Origin: Candidatus Bathyarchaeota archaeon RBG_16_48_13
GTDB lineage: Archaea > Thermoproteota > Bathyarchaeia > RBG-16-48-13
Assembly: GCA_001775995.1 (NCBI GenBank)
Contig: MEZH01000001.1
Location: 1-64,000 of the forward strand
Direction: 5' to 3'
DNA length: 64,000 nt
A program made the position numbers and the translations under genes. Shown one piece after another: positions 29,975 through 39,670 of this stretch (the stretch's first letter is position 1; every line of letters starts with the position of its first letter). The notes under the pieces were generated by a model. That model saw nothing but the letters and a program-made list of their open reading frames with translations, did no database searches and was not told the origin of the DNA.

Positions 29975-32810
29975 CTACTTGTCCCAGAACATCCTCGTGG
30001 CTAGGTACTGGCGCTCTGCCCTCAATATGTGTTCATAGAAATTCTCTTCAGTTCTATAGGGTTGTCTTAACACTCTTATGGCAGAGGTAGGACCTACTCC
30101 TCTTGCCGCCAATGCTATTACCGCTTTTTTGCCATAGGTTTGGACGAGGGAGGCACTCTTCCAAGCTTTCAGCCATCTTTCTTCTTCTTCCATGGATATG
30201 ATCTTCCTTTTGAGCTTCTTCTGAACTATCTTGTAGAGTTCTGTGTCGGTGTTGTAGGTCACAGCTATCAGAGTTGAGTTGCATGATGGACATTTAACCT
30301 TCTCAAGTAGAGATTTCACCGTCCTGATGCCCTCCCAGTCTCCGTGATAAATGCAGAGAAGTCGTACCTTGGCTGAGTCAAGTCTCTCCTTGACGATTTC
30401 TAAAACGTTTCTGGATTCAGCCACTGATCTAAGTAGATCTTGAGGCGCGATCTTGTCGACAATGGGGAGAGCGAAGGGTGAGAAGGTAGTATTACCTTCA
30501 ACAACTTCAATCTCGATTTGGCCTCCGTTTATAGCTGACAAAACTTCTTTGGCTTTAGAGAGATCGAGCTTCTCAACTTCAAGCTCCCTGAAAGCTTCTT
30601 TGTACACTGGGGTTTCCTTCAAGACCATCGAGAGCATGCGAGCCTTGGAAGAAGTGTAGTCTGCCTCATGGTCCACCACTCCGAATCGTTTGGCAACATG
30701 CCATAGCCGCCAAGATAGGAATCTGGAATCCGTAATGCAGACTTGCAGGATATTTCGGAGATCTGCTTTCCCAAGCTCCGTAAATTCTTTTTTCACATCG
30801 TTACCGAACATATGTGTGAAACTTATGAGAGCAATCCTGTACGGATCTGAGATTGCGGATATTGGAGATCCAAGCTTTGATGCCATAATGCAGCTCAGAG
30901 CCCGAGCAAAAGTTTCATTGACTTTATTCCCGAAAGCACAGTGGATTATGACGAAGTTCTCAAAGCTCTCAACCAGAATCCTCTTATCTGTGGGAATCGG
31001 AAAGCCTTCTTTGACTTGCCTCTCTATAAGTTGAAGAACCTTTCTGCGAGATTCATCATCAAGATTCGAAACCGACGAATATGGGTCTCTACTTAGACTC
31101 TCTCTTAGGCGGCCCACACCTTGTGCAATTTCAAATTGGACTGGAATTATTTCACCCTCCCAACTGGGGATGGCTCCAATGCTTTGGGGGACTGGCTCTA
31201 CAATGATCGCGCTCTTTTCTTCCTCTACTCCTATCACCTTCCATGTCTGACCATGCATTATGAATTCGACGCCGGGTTGTCCGTTGCGCGCCACGAACTC
31301 TTGATCTAGGCTACCTATCTTTCTACCGCTTGAGAAGTCTTTGACGAGAAAGGTTTTGACGTCTGGGATCATGGAGAGGTTTTGATAGTAATACTGGAAA
31401 GCCTTCTTGAAGTTGCGGTATAGTCTGCCTTCTTTGAAGCGAAGAATTCTCTCATCCTCTAGCTGTTGGACCGTTAATAGGAGGTCATCGGTCGCGAGGT
31501 TGGCATATGGATACGCCCGGATGACGTTGTGATAGAGCCAGTCCAGTTCTACTGTTCCGTGATCCATCAAGAACCCGACCAATTGATGAGCAAGGACGTC
31601 AAGAGAGTTGAAGTGTATCTCCGGTGGTTCTATGACTTCCTTTGAAGCGCAGTCAGTTAAGATTGCGGACTCTAAGATGTCGTCTGGCCAAGAGGCGATT
31701 AAGCGGCCTTTTGGGACTGAGTCTACCCTATGACCACTTCTACCAACCCTCTGGATTAGTTTTCCTGCCTGCCTAGGTGAGAAGACCTGAACTACGAGGT
31801 CAACATTACCGATGTCTATGCCGAGTTCCAGAGAGGAGGTACAGATGACCGCCTTAAGACGGCCTTCTTTGAATCCCTCCTCAGTTTCTATCCTAACATC
31901 TCGTGAGAGTGAACCATGATGAATGCCCATTTCGAGGTCTGGATCCATGTAGCGCATCCTGGAGGCAATGGCCTCAGCATGTTCCCGCGTGTTGGTGAAA
32001 ACTAAGGTAGATCTGTGGGATCTTATCAGTTCTGACAACCTTCGGATTCGCCTGATGCTCCCAGCCGGCACCATGAGCTTCTCTGCAAGCTTGGCGTCTT
32101 CGGTTGTAGGAGTTGGACTTTCGACAGAGAACTCCATATTCTTTGGAAGGCTGCTTTTAACTATGATTGCCTTTTTATCTTTTCCAGTGAGAAAGTTGGA
32201 TACAGTCTCAAGATTTCCTATGGTAGCAGATAATCCGATCCTCTGAAATTCTCTGCCTGAGAGTATTCTGAGCCTTTCCAGTGCGAGAGAGAGTTGGACA
32301 CCCCTTTCGTCTGAAACGAGTTCATGGATCTCGTCTATAATGACCCAGCGAACCGCCCTCAGATGTTCTCTCATCTTCCTTCCAGGCATGATGGCTTGGA
32401 GAGTCTCGGGAGTTGTAATGAGCATGTCAGGTGGCTCAAGAGCCTGGAGCCTGCGAGCGCTTGGACTGGTATCACCGTGACGAACTTGGATTTTTATGTC
32501 TATTGCTTTGCCTAATTCCGTCAATCTCTTCAGTAAGTCTCGGTTCAAAGCTCTAAGGGGTGTTACGTAGAGGATCGAGATACCGCGCATCTTCTCGAGT
32601 GACCTCCTATTCAGGAGGAGGTTGAAGACGGAAGATTACGGCCTCGGTCTTACCCGTGCCAGTGGGGGCCACAAGAAGAGCGTTATCCTCGTTCAAAATG
32701 CAAGGGATAGCTAGAGCTTGTATCTCCGTTGGTCTCTCAAAGTCCAGTTGCTCGATTTGTCTTCTTAAAGTAGGTAAGAGAAGGTTGAATAGATTCTCAG
32801 AAGTACTCAT
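29975..32810 (-). CDS. lhr: Lhr-type SF2 DEAD/DEAH helicase, frameshifted near 32630
   Basis: Q motif and APTGTGKT in ORF 32607-32810 join DEIH, SAT and QRVGRSGH in ORF 29975-32590; C-terminal C-x2-H..C-x2-C zinc site. Confidence 0.88.
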
Positions 32811-32954
32811 TACAGGTCTTTAAGCCTCTCTTGCCGTATTAGTAAAATCAACGGCATAAAATTCAGATACCTAGGATGTCAAGATTTCTGTTCGGCTTCT
32901 TTCTTTTTCTCCGATCGGCCATAAGCCACGTAGAGAAAAGCGAAGGTAATCGCT

Positions 32955-33665
32955 ATGAAAATCATGATGTTAATCCCAAACATTACTAGGGTGAAATACT
33001 CGTCAACGGTCATTGTTCATCCCATGAATTCTCTTCTTCAGACAAAGTATTTAACAACGGTCATGGAAAATCCATCTAGGAATTTATTAATGAAACAAGA
33101 GCCAGTTAAAAAGGTTTTCACTTTGAAGTATGATTTCACTCTGGCTCTGAAGAGGATCAGAGTCGATAAAAGCGCTTCAATGATTATGATTGCAGTGATA
33201 GGTCTTAGCGCTGCCTTGACGGAGTTGGCATATGCGAACCTGATATTCTCTCGAGTTTTCATGGAATCTTATGAGTTGCCTGCAGGAGATGAAGTTCACC
33301 TCTACATTGTGGCGGCGGCTTTCTTATTTATGGTTGCCATCATCGGGGTGGCGTCTTACCTGAGGATTAGAGAAGGTGAAGCAAATTATGAGGTTATGAA
33401 AACATGTGGAGCTTCCCCCGCTCAGATTTTAAAGTTGTGTCTGGCAGAGAATCTTGTTATAGGTCTAGCTGGCGGTACATTGGGAGCTTTTGGAAGCTTG
33501 CTCACATTCTTGATAATATGTGGTTCACAGTTTGGCTGGCCACTCTGGCTATTATCACCAACCTTCGAATATTTAGTTTCAGGTGCGATCACGGCAATCA
33601 TTTCCATCGGCGTCTCTATCTTATTCCCTATTTTGTTCTCCCACATTTCACTGAATAAGTATTAG
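32955..33665 (+). CDS. Short FtsX/MacB-like permease; start probably at 33061 or 33088
   Basis: MKTCGASPAQILKLCLAENLVIGLAGG FtsX signature; about 4 TM helices. Confidence 0.7.
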   Translation: MKIMMLIPNITRVKYSSTVIVHPMNSLLQTKYLTTVMENPSRNLLMKQEPVKKVFTLKYDFTLALKRIRVDKSASMIMIAVIGLSAALTELAYANLIFSRVFMESYELPAGDEVHLYIVAAAFLFMVAIIGVASYLRIREGEANYEVMKTCGASPAQILKLCLAENLVIGLAGGTLGAFGSLLTFLIICGSQFGWPLWLLSPTFEYLVSGAITAIISIGVSILFPILFSHISLNKY

Positions 33666-33783
33666 AACTGAGGATTTTGACAAAGCTTTGATGTTCTTTG
33701 GAATGTATGATTCAAGCCTTTTTACCAAGACAAGCACTTGTATGGATGTTGAACAAACTTAGACCGCTGCAAAATTTTGGCGA

Positions 33784-34629
33784 CTATTCTGCCAGTTCTT
33801 TAACCCTCTTTATGTTCCCTTTTTCATCCCTTCGGTTATCCAGTGGGGTCTCAAGAATGAAGGGACGGTCTTGGAGTCCTTCATATTCTAAGAAGCTCCG
33901 AAAGCCTTTTTCTCCAATGTAACCTAGACCTATGTGTTCGTGTCTATCTTTTCCCGATCTTAGATCTCCTTTCGAGTCGTTTAGATGGATGACTTTTATC
34001 CGTTCTAAGCCCAGAACCCGGTCAAAGTGATCCAAAGTTTTTCTTATCGCTTCTGCAGTTCTCAAATCGTATCCAGCAGCGAAGGCATGGGCGGTGTCGA
34101 AACACAGAGCTACGCGGTTCTTGTTGTACATTCGATCGATGACACTTTTTATGTCTCCAAAGGTGGAGCCCATACTGTTAAGAGTCCCGGCCGTATTCTC
34201 AAGAAGTATAGTGACGGAGGCGTTCTGTGTCTCAAAGAGAGCCCGATCTATCAGATCCGAGACCCGTTTTATGCCGTTTTCCATTCCTCGTCCCAAATGA
34301 CTGCCCAAATGGGTTACCAGATAGGGTATTTTGAGCTGAGCACATCTCTCAAGTTCTTTTTCTAGGGTTTCACAGGATCTTGCATAGAGCTCTTCGGTTG
34401 AGGTGGCTAGGTTTGGGAGATATGGCATGTGGGCTACAGCAGGAGAAATATTATATTGGTTCACTTTCTCTACGAAATTCTTGATCTCTTCCGGCTTTAG
34501 GGCGGAGAATTCCCATCTACGGGGGTTTCTTGTGAATATCTGGAAGGTTGAGCAGCCCCTCTCTACAACACGGTCAACGGCTTTGTCGACCCCGCCCGCG
34601 ATGGATGCATGAAACCCCACATTTATCAT
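33784..34629 (-). CDS. nfo: Endonuclease IV
   Basis: GFHASIAGG, HMPY, ENTAG, DTAH, HLND and DRHE metal ligands. Confidence 0.95.
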   Translation of the reverse strand: MINVGFHASIAGGVDKAVDRVVERGCSTFQIFTRNPRRWEFSALKPEEIKNFVEKVNQYNISPAVAHMPYLPNLATSTEELYARSCETLEKELERCAQLKIPYLVTHLGSHLGRGMENGIKRVSDLIDRALFETQNASVTILLENTAGTLNSMGSTFGDIKSVIDRMYNKNRVALCFDTAHAFAAGYDLRTAEAIRKTLDHFDRVLGLERIKVIHLNDSKGDLRSGKDRHEHIGLGYIGEKGFRSFLEYEGLQDRPFILETPLDNRRDEKGNIKRVKELAE

Positions 34630-34681
34630 GATCGATCAGCATCTATTACGACTCATTCGATGGACAAATAAACAAATCGAG

Positions 34682-35116
34682 TTACGAAGATTCTTTGAAT
34701 TCCCGCCATTCTCCCATAAGTAGGTCATAAAGGTCATCTTCTTCTTCGATCTTTTCGTAGAAATCTAGGGCTTCAGCCAGTCTTTGGGCTATTAAGTGGT
34801 AGCACAGGTGAGTTAAGCCGTCGATAACCCTGAAATAGAAATCGTCGCAAGTACAGTAATTGACTATCGGTAGAATCTGGTAGTCCCTTTCCCTCCCGAC
34901 AACTATCCAGGCTACCCTGTGGCTTGGAGAGAAGACATATTTCTTGATCCGACCCTCGTTGATAGCTTTCCAGGCGTTCTCAAACCTCTTTCCGAAGAGA
35001 ACACCCAAGTGGGTCATCTGAGGGCCAGTTATGGTTCCGGTCCTAACCATGTCTATGCATATCTTTTCCAGATCTTGGATTTCTCGATCTTTTCTCTCCA
35101 TCGCCTTCTCGTCCAT
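34682..35116 (-). CDS. SWIM zinc-finger protein
   Basis: C-T-C-x13-C-Y-H SWIM pattern. Confidence 0.85.
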   Translation of the reverse strand: MDEKAMERKDREIQDLEKICIDMVRTGTITGPQMTHLGVLFGKRFENAWKAINEGRIKKYVFSPSHRVAWIVVGRERDYQILPIVNYCTCDDFYFRVIDGLTHLCYHLIAQRLAEALDFYEKIEEEDDLYDLLMGEWREFKESS

Positions 35117-35208
35117 GAATACTGATCATTGTCACTGATCTTCGTTTGATTATCTCTTAATTTTAATATTATTGCAGACATTTTTTCAATATACGAGTTG
35201 CGAAAGTC

Positions 35209-36045
35209 TTGTTGAGACCATTTGTTCCATGGCCCGCCCTTCTATATGAGGAGAGAGGTGAGAAGACCCTGATCATAGGAGACCTTCACTTGGGTTATGA
35301 GATGGCTTTGGCCAAGGAGGGAATAAACATACCATCTCAGACGTTTAGACTTGAAAAAAGGTTGTTGGAGATTATCCGCGAGATAAAACCAGAGAGATTG
35401 ATTATGATCGGTGACGTGAAGCATAGTATTCCTAACATCTCTCTTCAAGAATGGACTGATATTCCCAAGTTCTTTGAAGATGTCAAAGCTGAGGTGGATG
35501 TGGTGGACGTGGTCCCAGGAAATCACGACGGCGACTTAGAGCCCCTCTTGCCTCGTGGGATCAATCTGAGGGATGCAAGGGGAGTACTATTAGGGGAAGA
35601 GAATAAGGTGGGCGTGTTTCATGGACATACTTGGCCTTCCCATGAGCTGTTAGCAGCGAGGTATCTTGTAACAGCCCATAACCATCCTATGGTTCAGTTT
35701 AGGGATCCGTCGGGGTTCAGAATTGTCAAGCAGACTTGGGTGAAAGCACCATGCGATGAGAAGGCCCTAGCCAGAAAGATTTTGGAGAAACTCCATATAA
35801 GGGACGAAGGGAACGAACTGAGAGTACTCCATGAAAGGTTCGGGATCAAGCTGGAAAAGATGACTCTGATCATAATGCCTGCGTTCAACGATATTTTGGG
35901 AGGAGTGATCGTGAATCGGATAGGCATTATGAGACATATTGGCCCTCTCGGAAGGTCAGACGTGACGGATATGAATGAGGCAGAAATCTATCTTCTGGAT
36001 GGTACGTATATCGGCCTAGTGAAAAATCTAAGGGGTCATCCTTAG
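35209..36045 (+). CDS. Calcineurin-like metallophosphoesterase (Lhr-associated MPE type)
   Basis: DLHLG, GDVKH, GNHD and AHNHP motifs. Confidence 0.9.
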   Translation: MLRPFVPWPALLYEERGEKTLIIGDLHLGYEMALAKEGINIPSQTFRLEKRLLEIIREIKPERLIMIGDVKHSIPNISLQEWTDIPKFFEDVKAEVDVVDVVPGNHDGDLEPLLPRGINLRDARGVLLGEENKVGVFHGHTWPSHELLAARYLVTAHNHPMVQFRDPSGFRIVKQTWVKAPCDEKALARKILEKLHIRDEGNELRVLHERFGIKLEKMTLIIMPAFNDILGGVIVNRIGIMRHIGPLGRSDVTDMNEAEIYLLDGTYIGLVKNLRGHP

Positions 36046-36251
36046 GGTTTGACAGTTGACCGTTTCAGTAGCTCTCTAGACACTATCAAGCCTGAGGCTT
36101 GGATTAGTCCTCTTGTGATGCTTGCACCATCACCTATTGTGAAGAGGTTATGTATCTTCGTTTTCCAAGGGGCGTTTGAGTTCCAAGCGAGAGGATAGGA
36201 CTTTACCTAAATGCCATAGATAAGAATGTGTTGTCAAGATTTGTATCGTGG

Positions 36252-36338
36252 TGGGGCCGCCCGGATTTGGACCGGAGTCACGTGGGCTCTCGCCAAGTCC
36301 CGAGCCACGTAGCCTAGACCAAGCTAGCCGACGGCCCC
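36252..36338 (-). tRNA. tRNA-Pro(CGG) with a 12-nt intron at 37/38 (36287-36298)
   Basis: Manual cloverleaf: GGGGCCG/CGGCCCC acceptor, CGTGG/CCACG anticodon stem; T-loop TCCAAAT. Confidence 0.9.
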
Positions 36339-36495
36339 TCAACTTCTCTCTTGAGACCTTGCTGGAGAGATTCTCCTTCTAGGCTAAAAACCTTGATTCA
36401 GTTTTGGCACACACTCAATTGAAAACAGACAACAAACCGTCAACGAGGAATCAAGAAGTAAGAAAAAGGAAGAGGCCAGATTAGTCTCGCGCGGT

Positions 36496-37722
36496 TTATT
36501 TTTCCGGCGCTATTTCGTTGAAAGTCAGGAACCTCATATTCACTGGCCGTTTTGTGACATCGGAAATCCTATCCGCAACCAGAGTCTTAACACCTTTTTC
36601 GCCTGCTATGTCTACTAACCTTTGGGTTATAACCCCATCAAATACTACTGTGTCGGCACCTTCTATTTGTTGTAGTTTTTCCGCAAGTTCGTTCACCGGG
36701 AGTCTCAAAATAGTTGCCATGCTGCTGCTCAGGATAACAGCTTCTAGGGTGTTTCTAAGTTCGTTGACAACTTCTAGGATTTGCGATTGGACAGGGACTT
36801 TGGGGATCTCTTTTAGCTCGATGGATTCTTTGCGCTCTTTCGGTGCTGGTATTTCCCGAAACTCTCTTGGTTCTCTAGGCTCTCTGTGGTGGTGTTTCAT
36901 GCTCTCCTTGATTTGATCGATTGGGATCTTTTCTTTCAGCGCTTTCAATATTTCCTTTGGTGTAAGTTCCTCTACTTCTTTGCCTTGTGGCGCTCTTGCC
37001 ACGTAGTCAATATTTGCCACTTGAAGAAGTTCTTTTAGGATCAAGTCGCCACCTCTGTCCCCGTCCAAGAAGGCTGTGACCTCTTTCTCTCTGGATAGCT
37101 TACCGATGGTCTCAGGCATCTTGGCGCCCTCAACAGCTACGGTGTTCTTGATACCGCATCTAAGGAGATTTATGATGTCTGCTCTACCTTCGACTATTAT
37201 TATGGACGGGGAGGAAATCATTTCGGGTCCCGCAGGCAATTCGTCAGGACCATAACTCACCACGTCTTGAATTTTCATGGTGTCAGAGACTTCTTTTATG
37301 ACTTCGTCGATGCTAGGAATCGACTCAATGGTCCATTTTTGGAGTATTTGCTTAGCCCGATCTATGATGACTTTTCTCTTTTCTTCCCTAGCATCGTCTA
37401 TCTTCTCGATGCTCAACTTCGCGGCGCATGGACCTATCCTATCCACGCTTTCTATTGCAGCAACGATAATTGAAGTAGAAACTCGATCCAAGCTTGATGT
37501 TATTGTGATGGTACCATAAGTCCTGTCTTTCTTGGACTCTAAATCTATTTCTATTCTTCCGACCCTACCAGTTTTTTGGAGTTCTCTCAGGTCAAGCTCT
37601 GAACCGAATAGCCCTTCAGTTTGGCCGAATATTGCGCCTATTACGTCGGGTTTTTCGACAACCCCATCAACTTCAAATTTGCCTTTAATAACATATTTAG
37701 TTGTAAATTGTGATGCAACCAT
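36496..37722 (-). CDS. dnaG: Archaeal DnaG-type primase
   Basis: GAIFGQTEGLFG, IVEGRAD and DGDRGG TOPRIM motifs. Confidence 0.95.
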   Translation of the reverse strand: MVASQFTTKYVIKGKFEVDGVVEKPDVIGAIFGQTEGLFGSELDLRELQKTGRVGRIEIDLESKKDRTYGTITITSSLDRVSTSIIVAAIESVDRIGPCAAKLSIEKIDDAREEKRKVIIDRAKQILQKWTIESIPSIDEVIKEVSDTMKIQDVVSYGPDELPAGPEMISSPSIIIVEGRADIINLLRCGIKNTVAVEGAKMPETIGKLSREKEVTAFLDGDRGGDLILKELLQVANIDYVARAPQGKEVEELTPKEILKALKEKIPIDQIKESMKHHHREPREPREFREIPAPKERKESIELKEIPKVPVQSQILEVVNELRNTLEAVILSSSMATILRLPVNELAEKLQQIEGADTVVFDGVITQRLVDIAGEKGVKTLVADRISDVTKRPVNMRFLTFNEIAPEK

Positions 37723-37835
37723 ATTTTGTCGCCTTTTCCTTTTTTCTTCAATTTCAAATTCCTCTTTACATTATGACCGTAATCGTGTGAGACAACTATT
37801 AGATCATTGTAAGAGGTATGTATCCCAAGTCGCTA

Positions 37836-38258
37836 TCATAGCTTAAGTGTACTTTTTAATCTTTCCATATATCTGGATAGACTTTCGATATCCTTTATTT
37901 CATGTCGCACTAGGCTCTTGATCCTTCTCCAGAATACCAGATTCGCCTTGACCCTATTTCCCTCCAATGAACCACGGAGGCGCCCCGCCAACTCGCGCCC
38001 ATAACGATCAAAGTCGGTCAATATTATGACGGAATTCTGCGTATCACTTATCTCCTCAACAAGATTAGTAAGAGCTTTGCCACTATTATGCAAACATATG
38101 ATTTTGCCTGTGACGCCTAATTCACGAAGGGCGACAACGTCTTTTCTTCCTTCAACTATGATAGCCGTCTCTTTGGATTCTTCAGCAAGTTTCTCCACGA
38201 GCTTTATTAACGTTTCTGCCCTTTGCTCAATGTTCAATTGCACACCTGTTCGGATCAC
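37836..38258 (-). CDS. Small TOPRIM-domain protein
   Basis: IVEG-x-KD and TDFD-x-G. Confidence 0.88.
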   Translation of the reverse strand: MIRTGVQLNIEQRAETLIKLVEKLAEESKETAIIVEGRKDVVALRELGVTGKIICLHNSGKALTNLVEEISDTQNSVIILTDFDRYGRELAGRLRGSLEGNRVKANLVFWRRIKSLVRHEIKDIESLSRYMERLKSTLKL

Positions 38259-39337
38259 CGAGTTATGCTTCTCTTATTTAGAAAATCGTATAGGTTCCTT
38301 GCTTCTTCATTCTCGGCAAAATACCTCCTGACGGGTTTCAATCGTTCATTAAGGACTTTTATGGTGCTGTTCTTCAGGTCCAAGGGATGTAACTTTCCTT
38401 CAGAATAGAAGGATGTCAATCGTTCGATCGATTCTATTGAGATATCTCCGCCGTATTTCCTAGGTCTGTCTATTGGCAGACTGAAGCTAGAGTCTGTGAA
38501 AAACAGATAGCGATTTAGATCGATTACTGGATTACCCTCAACAATTCTTGGTGGACAATAAGCAGCACTGATTTTTTTTTCTATTACTTCTTCCGAATCG
38601 TGGATGAAAATGGCGGTTTCGGGTTTGGATTTGCTCATCTTAATCTCCATAAGTTCCGTTTCAGATTTGGAGATATCCATTCTACCCGCCCCTGTAAGCG
38701 ATGACATAAGCGGTGTGTGGATTGCGATAACCCTCTTCTTGCCGAGTTTCTCTGCTGCATCCCGAGCTAACATATGAGCTTTCCTTTGGTCAGTTCCACC
38801 CAGACATATGTCGAGATTCAAATAGAAAATGTCAGCCACTTGCATGCACGGATAGACTAGTTTGGAGAAATCCATTGTTCCTTCCTTACCCTTTCTTCCC
38901 AGAATAGTCATAGTTCGTTTCATTCTGAGAAGAGATGAACTCTTGGCCACTTTCAGAACAAGCGCCCAATAATCCGGATCTTCTACCAGGTCATCTGCCG
39001 TTATGACCTTAAATCTATTCACGTTAATACCCAAGGCTCTGATGCAATGGATGATATAGTCACCACACTTCTGGATCGCTTTCATATCTCCACCGAGTTT
39101 GTCATTTATCCAAGCATGCCAAGTAGCTTGGAGGAAAACCATCTCAATATCGGCTTCGATCAGCTCCTTGAGTTTTGATGCCCAAATCATCCAACCCACG
39201 TGGAAAAAGCCACTAGGCTCAACCCCAATATATCCTCTTAACGGTTTCTTCTCTTGGAGCAGTTTCTTCAGATCTATTAGTGTGACCACTTCAGTAGCAT
39301 TCTTAGTGATCAGGGACAACTTTTCTGAGAAATCCAT
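38255..39337 (-). CDS. tyrS: Tyrosyl-tRNA synthetase
   Basis: YIGVEPSG-x2-H-x-G, YPCMQVAD and KMSKS. Confidence 0.95.
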   Translation of the reverse strand: MDFSEKLSLITKNATEVVTLIDLKKLLQEKKPLRGYIGVEPSGFFHVGWMIWASKLKELIEADIEMVFLQATWHAWINDKLGGDMKAIQKCGDYIIHCIRALGINVNRFKVITADDLVEDPDYWALVLKVAKSSSLLRMKRTMTILGRKGKEGTMDFSKLVYPCMQVADIFYLNLDICLGGTDQRKAHMLARDAAEKLGKKRVIAIHTPLMSSLTGAGRMDISKSETELMEIKMSKSKPETAIFIHDSEEVIEKKISAAYCPPRIVEGNPVIDLNRYLFFTDSSFSLPIDRPRKYGGDISIESIERLTSFYSEGKLHPLDLKNSTIKVLNERLKPVRRYFAENEEARNLYDFLNKRSITR

Positions 39338-39344
39338 AGTAATC

Positions 39345-39665
39345 TCGCTCAGTTGCTAGAACTTTCATCGCAAGGTCCCTAATATGGGTTCTTAGCTTCC
39401 GGGAGGCGCAGCCTGTCTCCCAAGTAACTAACACTCAGTCTCACTGTAGGGCATTATGCCCACCTAAACTGAGCTCTCAGGTCATGGGATGTTGGCGTCT
39501 CCCGCCCCCGTCTGTCCCATATCTGGATAAACCTTTCTTCATTGAGGGGCTCTCGCCTATCTTTGTCAGGACCGTCTATATGGGGCGTAAAGCAATCTAC
39601 GGAGGTTCGCGGTCCTTCTGGGACCGCTAGATAGAGTTTATCTCACTATGGGATTAATCTTGCTA
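39345..39665 (-). ncRNA. Candidate structured non-coding RNA of unknown family between pheT and tyrS
   Basis: No ORF of 60 aa or more; at least six GC-rich stems read by eye (see findings); strand inferred from G.U pairs and a GAGA tetraloop. Confidence 0.45.
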
Positions 39666-39670
39666 CGCAT

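Noticed and set aside
36060-36175. Structured RNA between the MPE gene and tRNA-Pro (CCTCTT/AAGAGG enclosing GTGATG/CATCAC)
   Set aside because: A single hairpin between convergent transcripts is adequately explained as a terminator or chance.
39350-39375. Group II intron domain V (TGCGATGAAAGT on the minus strand) or RNase P RNA
   Set aside because: No AGC/CGC catalytic triad stem or GTGCG 5' end, and no GAGGAAAGTCC P4 signature.
39380-39420. SRP RNA helix 8 (CC-GGGA-GG-CGCAGCC)
   Set aside because: Only partial similarity; it lies at the wrong position for a 300-nt SRP RNA and no Alu UGU motif was found.
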